64,000 nt of DNA from Patescibacteria group bacterium (GTDB taxonomy: Bacteria > Patescibacteriota > Patescibacteriia > UBA1558 > UBA10009), in assembly GCA_041662565.1 (NCBI GenBank), contig JBAZSE010000001.1, positions 129,084 to 193,083 of the forward strand, in the 5' to 3' direction. How positions within the stretch are numbered: position 1 is the stretch's first letter; each line of letters begins with the position of its first letter. The notes under the pieces are model-generated. The model saw nothing but the letters and a program-made list of their open reading frames with translations. It did not search any database and had not been told where the DNA came from. Both the position numbers and the translations under genes were made by a program. This document shows, in pieces, positions 19,808 to 28,049 of this stretch.

Positions 19808-21268
19808 ATGAAGAAAATAAAAGAAATTTATTGGGAGCAACTTTATACCAGGCGTTTTAGTATTCATAAACTTGATGTTTTTTTATCGCATATAGGCAAA
19901 GAGCTGAAAAAAAATTTTTCCGCCGATCTGACCAATATTTTAATTATCGGCCAAGGCTTGGAAGCTAAATGGTATTTTGACAAAAATCAATTTAAACGGT
20001 TTGGCGAAAAGGTATTGCGCAAAACAATAAATGATGCAAGAAAAGACGGCAATCACATAAGGGCAATGGTTAACCGAGCTAAGGACGCTCTTAAATCTAT
20101 TTTGAGTTTTAAGCAAATTGATTTTAAAAGTTTAAGCCCAGCTGAATTACTTAGGCATTACCATCATTTTTTACAGGCCGCGGATAGCGCCATTCCGATT
20201 ATTTACGCTCCATTGACGCTTGACAATCAATTATTTGTTTACCTGAAAAAAATATTGGATGGAGTTTATCAAAAGGATCAATCAGAAGCGGTTTTTCATT
20301 TTATAACCCAACCGATTAAGCGTATTCCGATAATTCAACTAGAGATTGATCTTTTAAAATTTTTAAATAAAAATCAGCGATCTAAATTTAGCCATAATAG
20401 TTTGGAGCGATTACGTAAAAAATATCTCTGGTATGGCATGAGTTTTGTTGATAGCCGACCAGCGAAGATCGAGGATTTTATTAAGCTTTTAAAAAAGTAT
20501 AAAAAAAGTCAGTCGCAAGGTAAATTGGCGTTATATCTAAAAGAATCCCAAAAAGTAAGGGTAAAATTCCATAAGATTGTATCTGCTTTTTCGCAGCCGG
20601 ATCGCCGTTTTTTGCGTCTGATAAACCAATATTGTTATTTAATGCAATATCGTGATGTCTGCCGTAGCCTTGTTTTCTATTATGGCCACTTTCTTTATCA
20701 GGAAATTTCCAGAAGATTTGGAATCATTATTAATGATTTAATGTTCTATACCATTGATGAGATGGCCAAGCTTATCGGAACAGGCAAAAGACAGGATAAG
20801 CCGGAAATTCAAAGAAGAAAGAGGCGTTTTATTTATCTAATGATTGATAATCGGGTTAAACTCATTAGTCAGCCTCAAAAGATAAAAAACATCATGACGA
20901 TAATTAATCGGCAGTCTGATAAACCAAGTATTAATAAACACCATAAGTTATTTGGCCACAGTGCCTATCTGGGTAGGGTCCAGGGAAAGGTTAGGATTAT
21001 TAGGATTAACCGCCTGTATCAAGATTTGCTTAGAATCAAAAATGGTGAAATTTTAGTGGCTCATAGCACAAAACCTGATTTTGTGCCGGCAATGAAAAAA
21101 GCGGCGGCAGTTATTACCGATGAAGGCGGAATTACCTGCCACGCGGCGGTTATCAGTCGGGAGCTAAAAATTCCCTGTGTTGTAGGCACTAAAATCGCTA
21201 CTAGGGTTTTTATAACCGGCGATATGGTGGAAGTGGATGCCGACAAAGGCATAGTCAGGAAATTATAA
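19808..21268 (+). CDS. PEP-utilizing-enzyme mobile domain protein, paralog 4
   Basis: C-terminus 'STKPDFVPAMKKAAAVITDEGGITCHAAVISRELKIPCVVG'. The start is 2 nt after the upstream stop. Confidence 0.85.
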   Translation: MKKIKEIYWEQLYTRRFSIHKLDVFLSHIGKELKKNFSADLTNILIIGQGLEAKWYFDKNQFKRFGEKVLRKTINDARKDGNHIRAMVNRAKDALKSILSFKQIDFKSLSPAELLRHYHHFLQAADSAIPIIYAPLTLDNQLFVYLKKILDGVYQKDQSEAVFHFITQPIKRIPIIQLEIDLLKFLNKNQRSKFSHNSLERLRKKYLWYGMSFVDSRPAKIEDFIKLLKKYKKSQSQGKLALYLKESQKVRVKFHKIVSAFSQPDRRFLRLINQYCYLMQYRDVCRSLVFYYGHFLYQEISRRFGIIINDLMFYTIDEMAKLIGTGKRQDKPEIQRRKRRFIYLMIDNRVKLISQPQKIKNIMTIINRQSDKPSINKHHKLFGHSAYLGRVQGKVRIIRINRLYQDLLRIKNGEILVAHSTKPDFVPAMKKAAAVITDEGGITCHAAVISRELKIPCVVGTKIATRVFITGDMVEVDADKGIVRKL

Positions 21269-21318
21269 CACTTATGTCTAAAATTTTATATCTTTGGGAT
21301 TTGGCCGACACATGATTT

Positions 21319-21897
21319 TTGGAAAAATGGAATGCCCAGTTAACTGGTTATGCCACTTTTGATGACTATGCCAAAGCTAAGATAAAAAATCCAACTGACC
21401 CCAGGCAATATGAAAATGCCTTTAAGGAGCCATATATAAATGGAGAAATGTATAATTTGACTTTGGCTGAAGGTTTTAAAGAAGTTTTAACTTGGACCAA
21501 AAACAACGAGGCCTTTACTACCGGCGTTAAAGAGCAAATGGATTGGCGGGCGAGTTATTTAAATCCCAAGGAAGGTTTAGATGTTAGGAGTTTTTTTAAA
21601 AATATAAATACCACTTTTGATTATGCAAAAACCAATATTAAAACCAAGAAAATGTTGATTCAATATTTAAAAAGCAAAATTGACGAAGGTTATAAAACAG
21701 TAGTTTATACCGACGATAAGCTGAAAAATTGCCAGTTATTTAAAGAAGCCATTGATGCGGTTAAGCAACAAGGTTTAAATTTAAATTGCCGGATTTATCA
21801 CATTTTAAATAGTGCCAGTCGTGTTGATAATCAGGGGTGGTATACAGTAATAGGGAACTTGAAAGATTTATTAAAAAGTGAGAAGCTATATTTGTAA
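21319..21897 (+). CDS. Hypothetical protein (192 aa) inside the paralog array. The start codon is uncertain (TTG in the ORF track)
   Basis: ORF only, with no recognisable motif. An ATG at 21312 lies in a different frame and stops quickly. Confidence 0.35.
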   Translation: MEKWNAQLTGYATFDDYAKAKIKNPTDPRQYENAFKEPYINGEMYNLTLAEGFKEVLTWTKNNEAFTTGVKEQMDWRASYLNPKEGLDVRSFFKNINTTFDYAKTNIKTKKMLIQYLKSKIDEGYKTVVYTDDKLKNCQLFKEAIDAVKQQGLNLNCRIYHILNSASRVDNQGWYTVIGNLKDLLKSEKLYL

Positions 21898-21914
21898 CAA
21901 TTAACCATAAGTAT

Positions 21915-23417
21915 ATGTCTGGAGCAGTTACACATTCGGGAAAATGGCGGATTAAGCCCTCTGGCCAACTGCCAATTTTCTTAAGATTTATCATCAATTC
22001 TTCATTTACTAAGGCCAATGCCAATAAAGCAGGGATTAAAACTGCCATGCCTAACCGTACATATTTAAACCACATGATGTATTGGCGAGCCGAGGAATAT
22101 AATGCTTTTGAAGATGAAATTCTCGGTTATATGAAATCAAATAACGGATGGTTTGAAAAATTTTGTAGTCAACAGTTAAAAATTTGTGAGCAAACATACC
22201 AAACGGGCTTGGAGTTGAAAAAAATTGATTGGTCCATTAAAACCAATCAGCAAATAGCCGATATTTTAGAAAAGCTTCTTCAAGAATATCGTGAGCTGAC
22301 TTGCCCGTGGTATACCCAGTATCCTCTGGATGAATATTTTGAAACAATCATTGAGCAGAAATTATCGGAATATATCAAGGCCGATGAACCGGATTTTAGA
22401 AAATGCGTTTTAATTTTTAGCGATCCCAAAGAAATGACCGAGGTGGCGGAAGAACGTTGGCGCCTGATGCAAATGGCAAAGGATTTTTTTGCCGCTAAAG
22501 AAGATCTGGATCATTTATCGGCTTCATCTCAAGCCAAGATTAATAACCATTTAGATAAATTTGCCTATATCAATCGAGGTCTGGCAACAAGCAAACCATA
22601 TTCTTACGATGATATAATTAATCGTTTAAAAGAGGTTAAACATCAATTGGCAAATGGTAAAAAAATTAATGATTTGATTTATGAAGTTTCCGCAGAAAAA
22701 ATAGCGGAAGATTATGCTTGGGCGTTGAAAAAAATCAAGCCCAAGAAGGATTTTAAGAGAATCATTGATTTGGCCAGGTTAAATTCCTATTTCCGAAATC
22801 GTAGGGTTGAGGCCTTTTTTAATGCCGATTACGGCGCTAGTTTTGCTTATGCCGAAGTGGCTAAAAGAAATAATTTTAATCCTGATTGGATTATGGAAAT
22901 TTCCGTTCCGGAAATGATGGCGGCTTTAAAAGAAGGCAAGCCATTGCCCAATGATAAAGAGATGAAAATGCGATTAAAAAACTACGCTATGTTGGTTAGA
23001 AATTCGGAAACAGAATTAATTACCGATCCGCAAAGGATCAAAGACCTGGAAAAGGAGTACTCGGTTGAGGTGGAAGAAGCGGAAGAAATCCAGGGTCGCA
23101 TGGCCTGTTTGGGCGGAATTATCAGGGGCCATGCTAAAATTTGTTTGGATAAATCGGAAATCAGCAAAGTTTTAAGAGGGGATATTTTGGTAGCACAATT
23201 TACCACGCCGGATTTTGTGCCAGCCATGGAAAAAGCCGCGGCCATTGTAGCTGATCAAGGCGGCCTTTCTTCGCACGCGGCCATTGTTTCTCGAGAATTA
23301 GGGGTGCCTTGCGTGATTGCCACTAAAAATGGTACTCGGGTTATTAAGGAAAATGATTTATTGGAAATTAACGGTCAAACTGGATTGGTAAAAATTATTA
23401 AAAGAGCTGATAAGTAA
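21915..23417 (+). CDS. PEP-utilizing-enzyme mobile domain protein, paralog 5
   Basis: C-terminus 'FTTPDFVPAMEKAAAIVADQGGLSSHAAIVSRELGVPCVIA'. Confidence 0.85.
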   Translation: MSGAVTHSGKWRIKPSGQLPIFLRFIINSSFTKANANKAGIKTAMPNRTYLNHMMYWRAEEYNAFEDEILGYMKSNNGWFEKFCSQQLKICEQTYQTGLELKKIDWSIKTNQQIADILEKLLQEYRELTCPWYTQYPLDEYFETIIEQKLSEYIKADEPDFRKCVLIFSDPKEMTEVAEERWRLMQMAKDFFAAKEDLDHLSASSQAKINNHLDKFAYINRGLATSKPYSYDDIINRLKEVKHQLANGKKINDLIYEVSAEKIAEDYAWALKKIKPKKDFKRIIDLARLNSYFRNRRVEAFFNADYGASFAYAEVAKRNNFNPDWIMEISVPEMMAALKEGKPLPNDKEMKMRLKNYAMLVRNSETELITDPQRIKDLEKEYSVEVEEAEEIQGRMACLGGIIRGHAKICLDKSEISKVLRGDILVAQFTTPDFVPAMEKAAAIVADQGGLSSHAAIVSRELGVPCVIATKNGTRVIKENDLLEINGQTGLVKIIKRADK

Positions 23418-23421
23418 TAAT

Positions 23422-24432
23422 ATGGAAAAAGAACAAAATTTAGGCCAAGTAGAACTAGCTAATGAAGCTTCCATTGAGTCCGAAGCAAAGCCACGCTATC
23501 AGATTTATATTACCAGGCATGCCGAACGCCTGCCGTCCGGCGAACTTACTCCGGAAGGCATTGCACACGCCAAGGCCAAAGGCGAGGCCTTTAAAGATGT
23601 GGAAGTGTTAAAGCAATACGCCAGCGATCATCCCAGTGGTCGGGCTTATGAAACTGCCGAAAATATTGGCGGTCAGGCTAATGTAACTTCATTGCAGACC
23701 GACGAGCGTTATAAAACCAGAAAGGTTAAGGGTATTCAGTACGATCAGCTCCCGCCTAACGTTCTTAAAGACGCTAAATTGTTGATTGAGGGAGCGACTT
23801 TGGCTGAAATTTACCAAGAACACGTTGAATTGGCCGCTTTAATCGACGAGGCAATTGCCAATGACACAACGGGCGCGATGATAAAAAAAGACGTCAGCGG
23901 TCAGCCGATGGTGGATATAGAAAAGCTGCCTAAGGATATTCAGTTAAAAATCGGACCAATCAGGCAAAAACATCAAAAAGAGGGTTTTCAACAGGTAATT
24001 GAAAATCCAGAAGCAGTTAATAATTTGGCCAGTGATTTATCGCATCAGCTTATTGAAAAACAAGAAATTTTAGCCAGGTATGCTTCCGGAAGAGAGAAAA
24101 AGAAAGTTACTACTAAAAAAGATGTAGTGATTAATATCAACACTCATGGTTTATTTGCCGAATCATTACTTAAAACAGCGGGTATTTTTGTGCGTGCCGA
24201 CGGTACGGAAATTCACGGAATTGCTGACCTGGATACACCGGAGTTTGGCGGCTATATTCAGCCGGCCGAGTCGATTATTTTGGATTTAGGCATTGATCCT
24301 AATAACACGCCCGAACGCATTCCAGTTATTTTTGAAGGCAGGCAAATAAAAGGGCGTGTTTATCTTGATAAATCAAAATTACAAGCGCTCGATCAAGTCT
24401 ATCGTTTAGCGCATCAGAGTGATAGAGAATAA
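23422..24432 (+). CDS. Hypothetical protein, possibly of the histidine-phosphatase (PGAM-like) superfamily
   Basis: N-terminus 'IYITRHAERLPSGELTPEGIAHAKAKGE' resembles the RHG ... LT ... G core, but the canonical G and N residues are missing. The call is weak. Confidence 0.3.
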   Translation: MEKEQNLGQVELANEASIESEAKPRYQIYITRHAERLPSGELTPEGIAHAKAKGEAFKDVEVLKQYASDHPSGRAYETAENIGGQANVTSLQTDERYKTRKVKGIQYDQLPPNVLKDAKLLIEGATLAEIYQEHVELAALIDEAIANDTTGAMIKKDVSGQPMVDIEKLPKDIQLKIGPIRQKHQKEGFQQVIENPEAVNNLASDLSHQLIEKQEILARYASGREKKKVTTKKDVVININTHGLFAESLLKTAGIFVRADGTEIHGIADLDTPEFGGYIQPAESIILDLGIDPNNTPERIPVIFEGRQIKGRVYLDKSKLQALDQVYRLAHQSDRE

Positions 24433-24474
24433 AAAATCAATAAATTTTTATTAATTTTTGACCGGTTAGAGGAA

Positions 24475-24530
24475 GAACTCTGGCCGGTTTTAAAATATTG
24501 TAAGAAAACCCATTTTTGTGTTATAATTAG
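24475..24530 (+). promoter_or_regulatory. Weak terminator hairpin followed by an extended -10 promoter (TGtTATAAT at 24519-24527). This is upstream of the PPDK_N gene and so upstream of the T4SS operon
   Basis: GACCGG ... CCGGTTTT hairpin at 24468-24490, then 'TGTTATAAT', 28 nt ahead of the ATG at 24556. Confidence 0.5.
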
Positions 24531-24555
24531 TCATGAAATATGGTTTTTAAAAGTT

Positions 24556-25524
24556 ATGAACACCTTTGTTTTACCCTTTTCCAAAATAAATAAAAAAAGC
24601 GTGGCAATAGCCGGAGGCAAAGGCGCTTCGCTCGGAGAAATGACAACCGCAAAACTGCCTGTTCCGCCAGGATTTGTGGTTTTAGCCAGCACTTTTGATC
24701 AGTTTTTAAATAATACCCCTCCGCCAGTTGGGTGTGGGCAGGATTTAAACGTTTATATCGAAGCGGAGTTAAAAAAAGTTAATCATCAGGATGTTAGTTC
24801 GGTTGATAAGGCATCGCATGTTATTCAGGATATGATTCATAAGGCAACGATGCCTGTTTCAATGGCAGAGGCCATTGTTAAAGAGTATAAAAAATTAAAA
24901 ACCAAGTGGGTGGCAGTCCGTTCATCGGCTACTGCGGAGGATTCTTCAATTGCCTCCTGGGCAGGCGAGTTGGACACTTTTTTGTTCATTGACGATAAAC
25001 ATTTGGTAGAAGCGGTAAAAAAATGCTGGGCCAGTTTATTTACTCCACGCGCCATTTTTTACAGGTTTGAAAAAAAATTGCATAAAACAGCGGTGAGTGT
25101 GGCTGTAGTGGTTCAACAAATGGTTGATTCTCAAATTTCCGGCGTGGCTTTTTCGGTCCACCCGGTTACTAAAGACAAAAATCAGCTGATTATTGAAGCC
25201 GGCTACGGTTTGGGTGAAGCTATAGTTTCGGGCACCATTACGCCCGATAGCTATGTAGTCCATAAAAAAGAAGGTACAATTTTGGATATTAATATTTCCA
25301 AGCAGGAAAAACAGATTATTTTAAAAGCAGGGGGGGGTTCGGTTTTAAAACCTGTAGCCAAGTCAATTCAGGAAAAACAAAAATTAACTGGCAAACAAAT
25401 TATTGAATTGGCCGAAATTGTTAAAAAGATAGAAAAACATTACGGCAAACCCCAGGATATAGAATGGGCCTTATTTAAAAATAAATTTTATATATTGCAG
25501 TCCAGACCAATTACTACTCTATGA
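24556..25524 (+). CDS. Stand-alone PEP synthase / PPDK N-terminal ATP-binding (ATP-grasp, PPDK_N) domain protein
   Basis: 'AIAGGKGASLGEM', 'LPVPPGFVV', 'AVRSSATAEDS', 'GVAFSV', 'EAGYGLGEAIVSG' and 'IEKHYGKPQDIEWA' are collinear with the PpsA N-domain. No His or TIM-barrel domain follows. Confidence 0.85.
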   Translation: MNTFVLPFSKINKKSVAIAGGKGASLGEMTTAKLPVPPGFVVLASTFDQFLNNTPPPVGCGQDLNVYIEAELKKVNHQDVSSVDKASHVIQDMIHKATMPVSMAEAIVKEYKKLKTKWVAVRSSATAEDSSIASWAGELDTFLFIDDKHLVEAVKKCWASLFTPRAIFYRFEKKLHKTAVSVAVVVQQMVDSQISGVAFSVHPVTKDKNQLIIEAGYGLGEAIVSGTITPDSYVVHKKEGTILDINISKQEKQIILKAGGGSVLKPVAKSIQEKQKLTGKQIIELAEIVKKIEKHYGKPQDIEWALFKNKFYILQSRPITTL

Positions 25525-26783
25525 CAGCAAATAGTTTACAATCTACTAATGATGAAATCCTGGTTATGGATGAAACCGGCCAGTTTCAGGTTTTATCTAA
25601 TGGCGAGCTAAAACCTTTTAATGGCGCTTCTTATCAAACAATTGGTAATGAAGTTGAGGCGACCGAAGAGAAATTACAGCCGATTTTGCCAATGGATACA
25701 GGTTATGAAGAAAAAATGATCCAGCCCCCGCCTCCTGCTTTATATAAACAAACTTCCAGTTTTTATTTTCATCCCGAAGATGAAGAAGAAGCTGCCAAAC
25801 ATAAAGCCAATATACCGGCATCTGGTCCGCAAAAAAAATATTCTTTGGATAAAATCGTTGCCAAAATAGTTGAAAATTATAAATTAACCTTAACGCCCGA
25901 ATTAAACAACAGATTAAGGTCATTGGTTTACAGTTTTTTGCGCGATCGTCGGAGCGAAGCCGATGCCAAGGGTTTGCTGGAGCGGCCGGTTACCGAAGCC
26001 GGTTTGGATTTTGAAAACGGCTTGGCGGAAAATTTATTGGAATTTTTAAAGGAAATTAAAGGTAAGATTTTAACAGCCGGCGGAATAGTGGTTGACGAAA
26101 ACCAGGAGGCGCCTCAAGTTGCTGTTGGTAATATTTCTTCGGTTTCATTGCCCGAAGTTAAAAAGGCCATGCCTGTTGAACTGCCTAAAGATAAGCCGGT
26201 GGCACCAATCCAGCCGGAAGTAAAAATTGAACTGCCAACAAGCCGGCCAACTCCGATTATTAAAACCGTTTCGGATGCTGTTTCTTTAAATCAAGTTGAA
26301 AGTCGTGTGCCCTATGTAACAGAGCCCTTGGTACAGCGCCAGCCCTTGCCTGATTTGCCAGTTGGGGCTTTTAAGCCGTCTATGCCCATTTACACCAAAA
26401 TGGCTCGGCCCGAAAAGCAAGGCGCCAGCCGGATTAACGATATTAAAAAGGATTATAAGCTGGTTGGGCCGGTAGAAGAGTTATCCATATTAACCTTGGA
26501 AACTTTTAGAAGATTGGGCGCTACTACCCAGGAAAGAGTTCAAAAAATCATGAGCAAAATAGATTTGCTAAGCAAAGATTCTTTGGCTAAAAAATCTTTA
26601 GGAATTTCGGCTTGGCGCACCAGTTCGTTATACAAAATGTATGTTTCTTTGGGGCATGCTAGCATGGAGCATAATTTGGATTTAGCAGGCGTAATTAAAG
26701 AATATTCCGCCCAAGGCCAAGAAATTTTAACCATGGAAGAGTTTAATGCCATTACCGATTTAAATAAGCAATTAAGATTCTAA
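25521..26783 (+). CDS. Hypothetical protein (420 aa) with a Pro-rich central region. It forms ATGA and TAATG overlaps with its neighbours
   Basis: ORF with operon-style overlaps on both sides. No recognisable motif. Confidence 0.5.
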   Translation: MTANSLQSTNDEILVMDETGQFQVLSNGELKPFNGASYQTIGNEVEATEEKLQPILPMDTGYEEKMIQPPPPALYKQTSSFYFHPEDEEEAAKHKANIPASGPQKKYSLDKIVAKIVENYKLTLTPELNNRLRSLVYSFLRDRRSEADAKGLLERPVTEAGLDFENGLAENLLEFLKEIKGKILTAGGIVVDENQEAPQVAVGNISSVSLPEVKKAMPVELPKDKPVAPIQPEVKIELPTSRPTPIIKTVSDAVSLNQVESRVPYVTEPLVQRQPLPDLPVGAFKPSMPIYTKMARPEKQGASRINDIKKDYKLVGPVEELSILTLETFRRLGATTQERVQKIMSKIDLLSKDSLAKKSLGISAWRTSSLYKMYVSLGHASMEHNLDLAGVIKEYSAQGQEILTMEEFNAITDLNKQLRF

Positions 26784-27241
26784 TGCGCCAATTTACCGTT
26801 CCTCAATTTATTGATGTGGAAGATAAAATCATCGGCCCGATTACCGTTAGGCAGTTTGTGATTTTAATTGTCGGCGGGTTGTTTATATTTTTGGAATACA
26901 AGCTTTCCGATATCACCTTTTTTTTATTCATCGGCATCCCAACAGCTTTGCTGTTTGTGATTTTTGCTTTTGTTAAAATTAACGGAGTGCCTTTTCATTA
27001 TTTTTTATTAAATGTCGGCCAAACCTTTAAAAAACCGGCTTTGCGGGTTTGGCAAAGAACCAGTGCTTCATTTCACCGCCAAGAAAAAGCTGATACAAGT
27101 GTTCAAGCGGCCATAGCACCTTATGTTGCCCGCTCTATGGATAAATCCCATCTTTCCGAACTGGCTTTATTAATTGATACCGGTGGTGTTTATCAGGGCG
27201 AAGGCAGGGGCCAGGATGCTAATTTTAAATTGGAAATTTAA
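26783..27241 (+). CDS. PrgI-family (VirB3-like) small membrane protein of a type IV secretion system
   Basis: 'FTVPQFIDVEDKIIGPITVRQF' followed by two TM helices is typical of the PrgI family. It lies immediately upstream of the VirB4 genes. Confidence 0.7.
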   Translation: MRQFTVPQFIDVEDKIIGPITVRQFVILIVGGLFIFLEYKLSDITFFLFIGIPTALLFVIFAFVKINGVPFHYFLLNVGQTFKKPALRVWQRTSASFHRQEKADTSVQAAIAPYVARSMDKSHLSELALLIDTGGVYQGEGRGQDANFKLEI

Positions 27242-27251
27242 ACAAATCGTT

Positions 27252-27935
27252 ATGTCAGAAAATAAAAATATCGGCAGTAAAATAAAAACCCCTACTCAAA
27301 AATATTTGGATATCGCCGAAATTAAAGACGATACGGTTATTTTGCGCGATGGCGGTTTGCGTTCGGTTTTATTGGTTTCTTCCATTAACTTTGCCTTAAA
27401 AGGTGAAGATGAGCAAAATGCCATTATTCAGGCCTATGTTGGCTTTTTAAATTCTTTATCATTTCCCTTGCAGATCGTGATTCAATCCAGGAATTTAAAT
27501 ATTGACGGTTATTTAACCAAACTGGAAACCTTGGAAAAAGAGCAAACCAATCAATTGTTGCGCATGCAAATTGCCGATTATCGGACATTTTTAAAAGAAC
27601 TTTTGGATCTGGGAGAAATTATGACTAAAAAGTTTTACGTGGTGGTGCCTTACAGCGGTTCCAGTAGGGAAAAAAAGAAATTTTGGGAAATGTTTTTGGA
27701 TTTATTCGCTCCGGCTAGAACCATCAGCTTAAGCCAAAAAAAATTCAACCGCTCTCGCGAGGAATTATTCAAGCGTTTGGATTTTGTTATTTCGGGGCTA
27801 TCCAGCATTGGTTTACACGCTGTACCTCTTGATACCCAAAGTTTGATTGAGCTTTTTTACAATACTTATAATCCCGAAGTAGCCGATGCTCAGAAAATGA
27901 CCAATATCAATAAATTAAGAGTAGAAGAGAATTAA
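27252..27935 (+). CDS. Orphan VirB4/PrgJ N-terminal-domain paralog (227 aa). It has no ATPase domain
   Basis: 'LDIAEIKDDTVILRDGGLRSVLLVSSINFALKGEDEQNAIIQAYVGFLNSLSFPLQIVIQ' matches the CagE/TrbE/VirB4 N-domain pattern. The start is taken at the first ATG after the PrgI stop, since the ORF-track start at 27174 overlaps prgI. Confidence 0.55.
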   Translation: MSENKNIGSKIKTPTQKYLDIAEIKDDTVILRDGGLRSVLLVSSINFALKGEDEQNAIIQAYVGFLNSLSFPLQIVIQSRNLNIDGYLTKLETLEKEQTNQLLRMQIADYRTFLKELLDLGEIMTKKFYVVVPYSGSSREKKKFWEMFLDLFAPARTISLSQKKFNRSREELFKRLDFVISGLSSIGLHAVPLDTQSLIELFYNTYNPEVADAQKMTNINKLRVEEN

Positions 27936-28049
27936 TGCAGTAATCCCTTGAATTATGATGTAGGCCTTGAGCGCAGTCGAAAGGCCGATGCTCAAAAGAT
28001 GGCTAATATTACCAAACTACGGGTAGAAGAAAATTAGAAATTAAAAATT

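Noticed and set aside
27174-27251. ORF-track start of the VirB4-N paralog at 27174, overlapping prgI by 68 nt
   Set aside because: The overlap region has no conserved sequence. The first ATG after the prgI stop (27252, 'MSENKN') gives the tight spacing seen elsewhere in the operon
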